NCBI GenBank assembly: GCA_963840455.1 | Contig: CAWIYV010000010.1 | Coordinates: forward strand, 224,001 to 288,000 | Direction: 5' to 3' | Origin: Nitrospirota bacterium | GTDB lineage: Bacteria; Nitrospirota; UBA9217 | DNA length: 64,000 nt | In this document: piece after piece, positions 50,861 to 61,191 of the stretch | Numbering within the stretch: position 1 is the stretch's first letter | How the letters are laid out: each line of letters begins with the position of its first letter | Program-made: the position numbers and the translations under genes | Notes under the pieces: generated by a model | Told to the model about the DNA's origin: nothing | Database searches by the model: none | What the model saw: the letters and a program-made list of their open reading frames with translations, nothing else

Positions 50861-52358
50861 CTATTTAAACTTAAAGTCAGCTTTGTATTTGCTTCCGTCT
50901 CCCAGGGCAAGGACCATTGTTCTACACTGGCCGGCGTATGTCTTCGGTGTCTTCCAGTTGAACTGCCAGTAACCATCGCCATCGTACTGCAGCCCCGAAG
51001 CGCCTGCCGCATACTCTTCAATTGCGTCTGTCGGGTCCCCTGTCAGGCTGCCGCAGTTGATCATGTATGATCCTAAGTCCCTGAAGCTGGTCGGATCAGA
51101 GATCGCCACTCCGTTTGCGTCAGTGAGCCGCCATTTGACGGGGATGGCCTGACCGGCCTTTGCGCTATTCACGATCGGCAGATTATCGACGGGGCTGAAG
51201 AACCCGGAGAAGAGGATCTCCGTGGTCGTCACGCTGAAGGCGCCGCTCACGCCGCCAATGGTGAGTGTTGCATTCGTCGTGGTTGCATAGGATCCCGACG
51301 AGGTCAGCTGTACGCTCACACGATCCCCGTTGTTAATGGTCCCGGTTGCGGATGTATAGACCCCGCCGTTGATCGAATACTGCCCGCCCGTGATCGAGAC
51401 CGGTGCGGGCGAGTTGATCCCAGTAACGGTTATTGCATTTGACGTCATCACCGTGTTCAGCAGGACTCCGGTTTGAGCAATGAAAGTGTAAGGATCAGGC
51501 GTAGTGTCCACAGGTGCGTTCTGGGTCGTAACACTGAACGTGTCGCTCACGCCGCCGATGGTGAGCGTGGCATTCGTCGTAGTGGAATACGATCCAGACG
51601 AGGTCTGGCTGACTGCAACCGCAGAACCATTGCTAACGGTCCTGCGGATGCGGATGTGTAAATCCCGCCATTAATCGAATACTGGCCTCCAGTGATCGAG
51701 AGTTAGATCCCTGACTGTTACGATGAAGCTGGAAATTGCGTATTACCGATATGCGCGCAGGACGCGTTCATGCCAGAGACGGTTATGGTGTTCGAGGCGG
51801 GACGGACGCGTAACGATATCGCAGCAATGTGACGAGTGTATTCAGCGCAATATTGGTCTGGACTATGAAGGTGAATGGATCGGGGGTGATGTCTGACGGC
51901 GCAGTCCATGCAGTCTTTACGCAGGAGTTCGAAGCGCTGAAGTTGATCCACCCGATGTTCTCACCCCAGGCATAGCCGGTGAACTTGCCGTCGCTCCCAA
52001 TGATCACCCCTCCGCCTGAGGGCTTGAAGTTGATCCATCCGACGTTCTCCGCCCAGGCATAGCCCGAGAGGTTTCCCTTCCCATCATTCACAACGGCGCC
52101 GTTCGCGGGATCAAGCTTGATCCATCCGATGTTCTCCCCCCAGGCCATTCCCGTAACTGCCGTATCGGTAACTGTCACACCGGGCCCCCACGAGGGCTGG
52201 AAGTTGATCCAGCCAACATTCTCCGCCCAGGCATACTGGCAGCCTGTAGAGCCAGGATCCATGTTCTCGGCATAAGCGCCGAAAGCATACAATACAAAAA
52301 CGGCAGTGATGAGGAGGATGGTTGGACGTTTCCATTGACTGAGTATGTTTCGCTTCAT
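50861..52358 (-). CDS. secreted surface protein (AWxENxGWI repeats, two DxTPDPxTF Ig-like repeats, C-terminal PxKF-like domain), interrupted at about 51640-51830
   Basis: signal peptide; four AWxENxGWI repeats; repeat 1 matches intact repeat 2 but carries junk insertions; FSGFFSPVDN...AIPVKWRL...WQFNWKT. Confidence 0.7.
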
Positions 52359-52379
52359 GATTATTCTCCTCTTATCCAA

Positions 52380-52928
52380 TTACTGAACATCATGGCTCTG
52401 ACCGCCTCGCACACACCATACGTAATTGCCGGAAATAGGGAACGGGAGGCCAGTGGAGAAGTCTACGCTCCAATAATTAGAAGTCGACCAATGTAGGCTT
52501 CTAAAATAGGGCAATGGGGCTGCACCGAAGGAATAATTAAAAACTATATCGGAAAGGCTCGTTAACTGCTCAATTGTCGGGAGGTGCCATCCTTGCCGAC
52601 CGCCTACTACTTTAGCAACGCAGGTATCAATAGCGGTTTGCAAATCAATAATTTCAGTCTTACCCGCAAAGCTCTCCCAAACAAGGCCTGTTTCCTTGTC
52701 CAGCACTGCAGCGCCATCGAGCACCACCTCAAATCTTGGACACGCAGTGATGTCGCAACTAAGTTTCTGGCTCCAAGTCGGCGGAATCTGGTCCAGCGTC
52801 TTCATCGTCGGAGCAGGTACGGCTGAAGGCTCGAGACTGCCTGCGTTTCCCATTACGGGAAAGAACAGTACCACAGCAATTGCAATCACTATTGCTGCAC
52901 TAATAACGTATGACCCTTTTTTATACAT
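52380..52928 (-). CDS. DUF1566 (Lcl-type) domain protein, paralog 2
   Basis: VLDKETGLVWE, GWHLPTIEQL, YVWCVRGG. Confidence 0.88.
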   Translation of the reverse strand: MYKKGSYVISAAIVIAIAVVLFFPVMGNAGSLEPSAVPAPTMKTLDQIPPTWSQKLSCDITACPRFEVVLDGAAVLDKETGLVWESFAGKTEIIDLQTAIDTCVAKVVGGRQGWHLPTIEQLTSLSDIVFNYSFGAAPLPYFRSLHWSTSNYWSVDFSTGLPFPISGNYVWCVRGGQSHDVQ

Positions 52929-53065
52929 GGTCTGATACTTCTTTGCATTGAATATCCGGAAAACTTCATGACATGCTCATATTAGTCCACATCCGGTTAA
53001 TACAGCCAGCATAGGTTCACCTCTGCACCCAACTAACAAATTATCAACCATCTCAAATCACCCAA

Positions 53066-53641
53066 TTACTGACCATCATAGCTCTGTCCACCTCGCACAC
53101 ACCACACAAGCGCAGAGTCGGTCTTAACAAAGTGGCTCACGGCGCTAGTGCCGATCATCAAGGTAAACGCGCGGGAGGGAGTGTCGGGGAAGAGAGTAGA
53201 CGTCCAGTAGTAGCCCGTTACCACGCCTGTAAAGGGATGTCCTGCCGGCAGCTTTGGATATCCAGCGGAAGACGAGTCAACGAGGCTCGCGAATTGCTCA
53301 ACTGTAGGGATGTGCCATCCTTTTCGGCCGCCCAACCATTTGTCAATGCAACCATATACAGCATTAATCCAAGGTGCGGACGTCGTACTCGGCGACTTTT
53401 CCCACACTAGGCCTGTTTCCTTATCAAGAACAGCAGCACCATCGAGCACCAACTCAAACCTTGCTGCGCCGGAAGTCTTCTGACTCCAGGTCGGCGGGAT
53501 CTGGTCAAGCGTCTTCATGGTCGGAGCGGGTGCTGCTGAAGGTTCGAGACTGCCCGCAATCCCCATCACCGGAAAGAACATCACCACAGCAATTGCCAGA
53601 ACGATTACTGCGCCTACGACGTATGGCTCTCTCTTACACAT
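53066..53641 (-). CDS. DUF1566 (Lcl-type) domain protein, paralog 1
   Basis: VLDKETGLVWE, GWHIPTVEQF, YWTST, LVWCVRGG. Confidence 0.9.
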   Translation of the reverse strand: MCKREPYVVGAVIVLAIAVVMFFPVMGIAGSLEPSAAPAPTMKTLDQIPPTWSQKTSGAARFELVLDGAAVLDKETGLVWEKSPSTTSAPWINAVYGCIDKWLGGRKGWHIPTVEQFASLVDSSSAGYPKLPAGHPFTGVVTGYYWTSTLFPDTPSRAFTLMIGTSAVSHFVKTDSALVWCVRGGQSYDGQ

Positions 53642-53679
53642 GGCCTGTACCTCCTTCTCGACTGACATTAATTTCTGCC

Positions 53680-54405
53680 CTATTGTTTCTTTGCGCCTTT
53701 TTCATAGAAAGCAAGGTTCTCCTTGAGCCCCTTGTTCTCCGGCTCCAGCTCGATCGCCTTCTTTTCCGTTTCGATCGCCTCCGCCTTCTTGCCGTTGATG
53801 AAGTATGCCCGTGCGAGCGTGTCGAGCGCCTCGGCATTCTTCTCCTTCGTCATTTCCACGGCCCTCACTGCGTGCTCCAGGGCCTTGACCTTGTCCTGAA
53901 GCTTCTCGTCCTTTGCCGATGCATAGAGCCACGCCAGATTATTGTGCACACTCGGGTCCCTCGGGTTCAGTCCCAGGGCTGTGTTGTAGTCCTTCAGCGC
54001 GCCTTCCTGATCACCTCCTTGCATCCTCACCAGCCCCCGGTAGGTGTAGGCTGATGCCATTCGCGGGTCTAGGATGATCACCTTGCTGAGATCCTCCTCT
54101 GCCTTCTTCCCGTCCCCTTTCCGGTATGAGGCAACGCCCCGGTCGAAGTAATGGGAGGCCACAAAAGGAGAGGCCTCTATTGCCTTCGTGTAGTTGTCGA
54201 TGGCCGCTTGGTAGTTCTTCCGGTCCAGCGCGGCCTTTCCGTCGCGAACGACCTGTTGATAAGCCTGGTATTTCTGCGCAAAGTCCTCCTGCGCGGCGCT
54301 CGCGCGGTGAAGCGTCAGCGCCCATGCGCAGAGCAGAATAAAGGCAATGAGCAGCCCGCGAAGCGAACTAGAAAGATACGTTAAATGTGTGAACTTATTG
54401 CTCAT
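53680..54405 (-). CDS. exported tetratricopeptide repeat protein
   Basis: signal peptide; repeated AIxxYxKAIE / AYxYRG / NNLAW TPR patterns. Confidence 0.9.
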   Translation of the reverse strand: MSNKFTHLTYLSSSLRGLLIAFILLCAWALTLHRASAAQEDFAQKYQAYQQVVRDGKAALDRKNYQAAIDNYTKAIEASPFVASHYFDRGVASYRKGDGKKAEEDLSKVIILDPRMASAYTYRGLVRMQGGDQEGALKDYNTALGLNPRDPSVHNNLAWLYASAKDEKLQDKVKALEHAVRAVEMTKEKNAEALDTLARAYFINGKKAEAIETEKKAIELEPENKGLKENLAFYEKGAKKQ

Positions 54406-54434
54406 TGTGGTTTATCCCAAAAGGGGCATCATTC

Positions 54435-54483
54435 AAAACAAAAAGCCGAGCATACCAAAGGTGTCAACCTTCGGTAGCTCGGC
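54435..54483 (-). terminator. riboswitch expression-platform terminator
   Basis: GCCGAGCUACCGAAGG-uugaca-CCUUUGGUAUGCUCGGC-UUUUUGUUUU; the 5' arm is the 3' strand of the aptamer. Confidence 0.82.
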
Positions 54484-54547
54484 CGTCTTGATATCATCAG
54501 ACCCGTTGCTTTCCGTCCCCGCCTCACGACGGGTTTGGCTTTATCGA
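54470..54547 (-). ncRNA. cyclic di-GMP-I (GEMM-I) riboswitch aptamer
   Basis: minus strand UCGAUAAAGCCAAACCCGUCGUGAGGCGGGGACGGAAAGCAACGGGUCU...AGACGGCCGAGCUACCGAA matches the GEMM-I consensus. Confidence 0.9.
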
Positions 54548-54614
54548 GTTGGTTTCGCTATATCACGAAACAGATGCGAATATGCACGATTTCTAAAATG
54601 CGATATTGGAAAAC

Positions 54615-54730
54615 TGAATCCAGGAGCGAACGTATTCCCCGTAGTTTGCTGCGGGGTTAGCGAGCGATTAGAATGAAATTACTGCCTTGAGGATCGAAGA
54701 TTCCCTGCAGCTTGCTGCAGGGAATTTCAA
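54615..54730 (-). repeat. family A element (reverse orientation)
   Basis: reverse complement reads TTGAAATTCCCTGCAGCAAGCTGCAGGGAATCTTCGATCC...CCCCGCAGCAAACTACGGGGAATACG...CCTGGATTCA. Confidence 0.9.
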
Positions 54731-54923
54731 TGCTCGTGTTGCACTACGAATTTAGTTTGAATATAGCAGAGGAGGGGACACTATGATGGGGTATTTTTAG
54801 GGTATTGCATGAAATTGCAGCATATTCATGAAGCATACACTTGTGAGGATCGCGGGGATTTTCCGGGGACGGATGACGCTTCCTCGCGTTCTCTAACCGT
54901 CTGACGGTTCTTGGAAGAAAATC

Positions 54924-56252
54924 CTATCCCTTGTCGCTGTTCTGGATCGCCTGGTACAAACGCTGCACGAGGACCTGGTTGTAACCGTGAGAGGTCATGT
55001 TGGCCGTAATGCGGCCTTTGATGGGGAAACCGAGGAGATAGAGGTCGCCGATCAGGTCCAGGATCTTGTGGCGCACGAACTCGTCGGGATAACGGAGCTC
55101 CGTGTTGATGACCTTGCCGTCGTACATGATGATGTGCGACTGGAGATACCCGCCTCCGACCTTTCCCAGTTTCTGGGCCATATCGATGTTCTCAAAGGTG
55201 TTGAAGGAGCGGGCCGGAGCTATGTCCCGCGCGAAAGAGCCCGTCATCGGATTGAACGTAAGGACCTGTTCGCCTATGGGGAGCGGATAGTCGACGCGCA
55301 TCGATATCTCGAACCCTTCATAAGCCTCCGCATAGAGATGCTTTTCATGCTTTTCTTCTTTTCCAAATCCGATCTTTTGGCGGATGACAGCGACCTTGGT
55401 GGAGGCGGACTGTTCCTCGATCCCCGCCTCTTCGATGAGTCCGCAAAAATCCTTGGCGGAACCGTCCACGTTCGGTATCTCCTCGTCGACCTTGATGAGC
55501 ACATTGGTTATACCGTACATGGAAAGGACCGCCATCAGGTGCTCAACCGTGCGCACCCGCCGCCTGCCGTTGTCCAGGGTGGTGGAGTTGGCGGAGAAGG
55601 TCTTCGAGGAGCCGACCTGGGCGTAATCCTCAAGGGACGTAATATGTCCACGGATGGTCTGGCCGTCAAGCGTTTGATAGACGATCCCTTCGTTGATACC
55701 GAGGGGGCTTAGAATGATACCGGTGTTCCGGCCGCTCAGGAGCCCGATGCCGTTCAGGACCATGTTCCCCCGCAGGGTGCGCTGTGGTTCAGGGGAATCC
55801 ACCACGTCCACCACGCCGGGAGGCATCGAAAGATCGGCGCTGACGATCTCAAGCCTCGTATCCGAGGGCAGGACCGTGCTGCGCCCGGCAGGCCGGTGCT
55901 TCAGCGCGGACTCCACCTTGTCGAGCAGGACCTCCATATGCAGCGGCTTTTCCAGAAAATCGTAGGCGCCCGCCTTGATGGCGGCAACCGCCGACTCGAT
56001 GCCGGCATGTCCGCTCATCATGATGACAGGGAGCTGGGGGAACCGGCCATGCAGACGTTTCAGAAGCTGCATGCCGTCCATGCCGGGAAGCCAGACATCC
56101 AGCAGGACGAGAGAGGGCTCCATGGTAGCGAGCCTCTCCCAGAAGCTCTCCGAATCTGGAAATATGAGGGCCGGATATCCCTCGTCCTTCAGGATGCTCG
56201 CGACCGTGGAACAGATGGAAGGTTCGTCGTCTACTATACAGATAGGGTTCAT
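54924..56252 (-). CDS. lpxC: response-regulator receiver fused to UDP-3-O-acyl-GlcNAc deacetylase LpxC
   Basis: REC: IVDDE, LLDVWLPGMDG, MSGH, FLEKP; LpxC: QRTL..GIGL.SG, TVEHLMA, DGSA, IAPARSF, LRYPDEFVRHKILDLIGDL. Confidence 0.9.
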   Translation of the reverse strand: MNPICIVDDEPSICSTVASILKDEGYPALIFPDSESFWERLATMEPSLVLLDVWLPGMDGMQLLKRLHGRFPQLPVIMMSGHAGIESAVAAIKAGAYDFLEKPLHMEVLLDKVESALKHRPAGRSTVLPSDTRLEIVSADLSMPPGVVDVVDSPEPQRTLRGNMVLNGIGLLSGRNTGIILSPLGINEGIVYQTLDGQTIRGHITSLEDYAQVGSSKTFSANSTTLDNGRRRVRTVEHLMAVLSMYGITNVLIKVDEEIPNVDGSAKDFCGLIEEAGIEEQSASTKVAVIRQKIGFGKEEKHEKHLYAEAYEGFEISMRVDYPLPIGEQVLTFNPMTGSFARDIAPARSFNTFENIDMAQKLGKVGGGYLQSHIIMYDGKVINTELRYPDEFVRHKILDLIGDLYLLGFPIKGRITANMTSHGYNQVLVQRLYQAIQNSDKG

Positions 56253-56429
56253 AGAAGATCATGCCTCATGTTCGTACCGGGCAGATTGCGCGCTTCACCT
56301 ACGAGCAAGCAATGTCTGTTGATAATCAGGAGATCCAAAGTACCGGATGAAACACGCACATCGACGGAATTAACCGGCCCCTTTGATCCTATTGCCTATT
56401 TGGCGCGATGGCCTCACCAATGTTAGTGC

Positions 56430-56861
56430 TTATTTTGAAAAATCAAACTCAAATGCTGTTGCATCTCCATCGGCGAGAGACTTGACACCGTAATATTTAC
56501 CACCAGCTTTGAATATGTATTTGCACCATTTTTCAGTGCGTTTAGGCCATTCAAGCGTAACGCAATAAGTTCCATTTTTACCAATATGCCATGTACCTTG
56601 AGCGGTTACTTGCGTCATTAACTTTTTCATACTACGGCCAACATCGCTATAGGCAACAAATTTACCATCGAGCTCATTCGTCCACTTGCGGGTGCTCCCG
56701 GCGATATAGCTGATGACTTTGGCATTCGGCATAAGCTGGTTTAGCTCGTCTGTTGATAGCTGAACCCCGTTCTGTGCCTTAAGGTCGTTCAGAACCAGGT
56801 CACCAGCTTGAGCAGCCAAGGGAAAGGCAAGCAAAACGGATACAAGGATTGAACGAAGCAT
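56430..56861 (-). CDS. exported hypothetical protein (DUF995-like), AT-richer than its neighbours
   Basis: signal peptide; GTWHI..NGTYCV..W pattern. Confidence 0.7.
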   Translation of the reverse strand: MLRSILVSVLLAFPLAAQAGDLVLNDLKAQNGVQLSTDELNQLMPNAKVISYIAGSTRKWTNELDGKFVAYSDVGRSMKKLMTQVTAQGTWHIGKNGTYCVTLEWPKRTEKWCKYIFKAGGKYYGVKSLADGDATAFEFDFSK

Positions 56862-57119
56862 GAGACACCCCCTAATCAGTTATTCGGCATCTCCAGCTTT
56901 GATCACCTCGGCTATAAGTACAGGATGATCTTACATGACGACTATAGCATAAACGTTTTATTTCTAAAAGTAGTTTCCCGGCCGACGTACTTGCAAAAAA
57001 ACAAAGGCCCGTGCCATTCCGCAACGGGCCTTCCTTCATATTGGATCTTAAATAACGAATCGTCGCACTGAGAAAATGCATTTCTCCTTTGCCGAAATGG
57101 CAAAGAGGATGCCGATGAA

Positions 57120-58094
57120 CTACCCCTTTCCGATCGCAGCAAGGTCCTCCTCGATCATGCCACGGAAGAGCGGGACCTTATACTCGTTCTCTTTGAGCGG
57201 CTGCGCGTTCTTCATCGCGGCCTCTGCTGCCTTCGTGATGACATCAGCATCGAGCTTCTTGCCTGTAATGGCCGCCTCAATCTCCCGGGACCTCCAGGGA
57301 ACAGGCGCGGCGCCGCTCAGGACCGCGCGGGCATCAGCGACCACGCCGTCCTTGAACCGGAGCGCCAGTGCGATTCCGGCCAGGGCAAAATCCCATGACG
57401 CCCGCGCCCGCACCTTGCGGTACGAGCTGCGCAGTCCGCGTGCAGGCGGCAGCACGATCTCGGTAACGATCTCTCCCGGCTCGAGCACCGTTTCCCTGCG
57501 CACATCCGTACGCGGCAGAACGTGGAACTTCTCGACCGGAACGGTCCTCGAGCCTTTCGGTCCCGTGATCCGCACCGAGGCATCGAAGGCGACAAGCGCC
57601 GGCGCCGTGTCCGAAGGATGGACGATGAAGCAGGGCCCGCCGCCCAGGATGCAATGATACTGGTTCTCGCCGGCAACAGCGAAGCACTTCTCCCCGCCCT
57701 TCCGGAGGCAGTCGAACTCTCCGCGGTAGTACCAGCAGCGCGGCTTCTGGCAGAGGTTGCCGCCCATGGTCCCCTGGTTCCTAAGCTGGGGGCTCGCAAC
57801 CTCGCGGGCTGCCTGCGCAAGCGCCGCATAGTGTTCATTCACTGCCGGATGCTCCGCCACCTCGGTGATGGTCGTGAGCGCGCCGATGCGCAAGCCGTTG
57901 TCTGGGGTTGTGGTGATCCCTTTCAGCTCTTTGAGCCCGCTGATGCTCACCAGCTTCTTGACGGCAAAAACATGATCTCGCAAGCATCCGAGGAGGTCGG
58001 TCCCTCCCGCATGCAGACCGGCGCCTGGCGAGGAGAGTTGTTTCATTGCCTCCTTCAGGGTTTTTGGACGTACATAGGAAAAGTTTGTCAGCAT
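57120..58094 (-). CDS. xanthine dehydrogenase family FAD subunit (PaoB-like, with 4Fe-4S Cys cluster)
   Basis: AGGTDL, ASPQLRNQGTMGGNLCQKPRCWYYR...C...C...C, HPSD. Confidence 0.93.
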   Translation of the reverse strand: MLTNFSYVRPKTLKEAMKQLSSPGAGLHAGGTDLLGCLRDHVFAVKKLVSISGLKELKGITTTPDNGLRIGALTTITEVAEHPAVNEHYAALAQAAREVASPQLRNQGTMGGNLCQKPRCWYYRGEFDCLRKGGEKCFAVAGENQYHCILGGGPCFIVHPSDTAPALVAFDASVRITGPKGSRTVPVEKFHVLPRTDVRRETVLEPGEIVTEIVLPPARGLRSSYRKVRARASWDFALAGIALALRFKDGVVADARAVLSGAAPVPWRSREIEAAITGKKLDADVITKAAEAAMKNAQPLKENEYKVPLFRGMIEEDLAAIGKG

Positions 58095-58134
58095 GGATTT
58101 TCCTCCCGATGTTCACCTGACGCAAATGTTTCTC

Positions 58135-60459
58135 CTACTTCATTGCCTGGCTGAACAGCTTCATGAGCCGCGGCGGGATCATCGGCGTTTCAAAGACCCT
58201 CACGCCCGTGGCATGATACACGGCATTCCCGATGGCCGCTGCCGTAGGGATGGTCACAGGCTCACCCAGTCCCTTAGCGCCCGTAAGATTCGCTTCGGGA
58301 TCCGGCCGGTCTATGGGAAGGCACGTCATGTCCGACGGGACATCGAGCATGGTCGGCAGTTTATAGTCGTGCCAGTTCTTGTTCACCAGCTTGCCGGTCT
58401 GATCTTTGTCAAGGACCCTGCCCTCGGTCATGGCAAAGCCGATGCCCATCGTGATGCCGCCGAATGTCTGGTTGTCGAAGGTCAGCCGGTCCATTACCCT
58501 TCCGCTGTCCTGTGCCGCCAGGAAGCGGACGATCCGGACCTCGCCTGTCCTCGTATTCACCTCCACTTCGCAGAACTGCGCGGCAAAAGGGTTCACGACC
58601 TTGCCTTCCGGGTTCGGGCCGCGGTAGCCTACACCCACAATGACCCCGCGCTTTTTAAGCCCCGTGACACCGGTGATCTTGATCTTTTTCGACGGATCGG
58701 AGAGCGAGACGATCTCGTCCCCGCTCAGCACCAGGTCCGAAGAACTTGTTTTTAGATCTTCTGCCGCATGCTCCAGGAGCTGCTGCTTGACGCTCAAGGC
58801 CGCTGCGCGCACGGCCGGCGATTCCGTCGGCACGGTCTTGCTGCCGCCGCTCGGCGTTGCATACTGCGTCGTGCCTGTGTCGGCATGCTCGATCTGGAGC
58901 GCGTCGGGCTTCACACCCAGCTCTTCGGCGACGACCATGGCCATCACGGTCTTGGTGCCGGTGCCGAGGTCACTCGCGCCCATGTTGAGGTTCGCGCTGC
59001 CGTCGGCAAAGAACTTCACGAGTACCGTGGACGGAGGATTGCCGCCGCCAGCGACCCAGAGGCCGGCCGCCATGCCCACTCCTCTCCTGATATGTCCGGT
59101 CTTCGGCAGCCCGGCGATCTTGTTCCGCGCTTCCTTCCATCCGAAGGCTTGAGCGCCTTTCTCAATGCACACTTGCAGCCCGGTCGTGGTGTAGGGCGGA
59201 TTGTCCGGCCGCGCCTGGCTGAAGGCCGGAACGTTCTTGAGCCGCAGCTCGACAGGGTCCATCCTGACCGCCTCTGCCAGACTGTCGAGCATCTGCTCGA
59301 GCGCCCACGCACCCTGGGGATGGCCGGGCGCGCGAAACGGCCGGGCAGGACCGGCATTGATGTACACATCCGTCGTATCGGTGCTGACATTGGGACAGCG
59401 GTAAAGGTCGCGGACCAGCCAGTCAAGAAGCGATGTTCCGCCTGCGGGATAGGCGCCGCTGCTGCCGATGCCGCTGAATTCGAGGGCGGTAAGCGTCCCG
59501 TCCTTCTTCACCCCCGCCTTCAGTTTCATGGTGCTCGGCGGCCGGTTCCCCGCGGCGAGGTAGGTCTCTTCGCGCGAGAAGAACAGCTTGACCGGACGGG
59601 CGGTCCTCTTCGCGAGCAGCGCGGCGATTATGGTTGCCTTGTCCGCCATCAGCTTGCTGCCGAAGCCGCCTCCCATATAATGCCCGATGACGCGCACTTT
59701 CGAGAGCGGCAGTCTCAGCACCTCGGCGACCCGCGCCTGGACCGCGAACACCCCCTGCGTGGATTCCCAGATCGTGAGGGAATCGCCGTCCCACTTTGCA
59801 ACGCACCCGTGCAGTTCCATGGGCGTGTGGAGCTCGCTCTCGTTCCGGTACGTCTGCTCGAGCACGACGTCCGCTTCGGCAAATCCTTTCGCTACGTCGC
59901 CGCGCTCGTACTTGTCCGTCTTGACCTTGTTCCCTTCCTTGTGCACCTGCGCGGCTCCCGCATCGAGTGACTTGCGCTCATCGGACACGAACGGGCAGGA
60001 TATCATAGGCTCACCTTGATCGACCGCACGGCATCCCATGCCTGGTACGGGGTCTCTGCTGCCACTGCGGCTACGGTCTCTCCCTCGAACCGGCACTGGG
60101 GATCAAAGAGCTTTGTCTTCACCTCCGGTGTATAGGGCCACAGGATGTCCGCACCCGGCGTTTTGGCGGAGAGAACAGCTCGAACGCCCACAGCCTTCTC
60201 TGCCTCCCTCGTGTCCACGTCCTTGACCACGGCATGGGCGTGCGGACAGCGGAGGATCGCGGCGAACAGCATGTCCGGGAAGATGATGTCAGAAGGATAG
60301 ACTGCGTTCCCGCTCACGCGCTCGTAGGCGTCCACGCGCGGCAGGGGCTTGCCCACCACCTTCGTTGTCTGCCAGGGCTTCACTCCCGATGCGGGCCTGG
60401 GCGTCTCCGGCAAGGGAATGTTCTGTGCGATAATAAAGTTCTCGTTCGTCCTTTTTCAT
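58135..60459 (-). CDS. xanthine dehydrogenase family molybdopterin subunit (PaoC-like); three +1 indels near 60431, 60008 and 59995
   Basis: RVDAYERVSG, MGGGFGSK, FRAPG, GGSKT, GAKGLGE; pieces fall in different frames and rejoin if three bases are removed. Confidence 0.88.
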
Positions 60460-60543
60460 GGTCCACCTCGTTCGATGACGCTTTCGCGGTACAGGTGCTG
60501 TGTGTCCCTGTTCTGGGTCCTCGCTTACCGGTCTGAACTGCTC

Positions 60544-61191
60544 TTATACTTTTTTCAGCTCGGCCGCGCGCGTTGCGGCATTCACGATATGCTTATAGGC
60601 GCCGCACCGGCACAGGTTGCCGCTCATGCCGCTTCGGATCTCTTCGACCGAGGGTCGGGGCTTCTTCCGCAGCAGTCCCTCGACGGACATGATCTGGCCC
60701 GGCGTGCAGTATCCGCACTGGAAGGCGTCGTGCTCTGCAAAGGCCTGCTGGACCGGGCCGAGCTCCTCGCCCTTCATCAGCCCCTCGAGTGTCGTGATCT
60801 TCGCGCCCTCGGCCTCCACGGCAAGGGTCATGCAGGCATACCGCGGCACATCATCGATCAGCACCGTGCAGGCCCCGCACTCTCCGCGTTCGCATCCGAC
60901 CTTGGTGCCCGTCAACCCCAGCCCTTCCCGGAGCACATAGAGAAGCGACCACCGCGGTTCCACGAGCAGCCGATAGCTGCGGCCGTTGATCAAGAGCACC
61001 ACGTTCGTCATCTCGCCGCGTTCAGTCATCTCCGCTTCTGCTGCAGGCGTCGCGTTCAGCTTGTCCGCCATAGCAAGCGAAACGGCACCGACCCCCATGG
61101 TCGTCAGGAATCCACGGCGCGTCAGCCCGCGGGCCGTCTCCTGGTCCTTTGCTTCCTGGTCCTGCGTGTCGGCATCATTCTCGTTCGTCAT
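60544..61191 (-). CDS. (2Fe-2S) subunit with Tat signal (PaoA-like)
   Basis: TRRGFL twin-arginine motif; GCERGECGACTV, QCGYCTPG, NLCRC. Confidence 0.94.
   Translation of the reverse strand: MTNENDADTQDQEAKDQETARGLTRRGFLTTMGVGAVSLAMADKLNATPAAEAEMTERGEMTNVVLLINGRSYRLLVEPRWSLLYVLREGLGLTGTKVGCERGECGACTVLIDDVPRYACMTLAVEAEGAKITTLEGLMKGEELGPVQQAFAEHDAFQCGYCTPGQIMSVEGLLRKKPRPSVEEIRSGMSGNLCRCGAYKHIVNAATRAAELKKV

Noticed and set aside
51640-51830. Small insertions in the surface-protein gene as introns or mini-elements
   Set aside because: The 30-60 nt inserts have no terminal repeats or structure and look like a low-quality read segment.
54800-54822. Sigma-54 promoter-like TTGCATGAAATTGC
   Set aside because: It lacks the GG at -24 and the spacing is one base short.
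59990-60440. Split molybdopterin subunit
   Set aside because: Three +1 insertions, two extending C runs. Removing them restores one continuous ORF, so this is likely an artefact.
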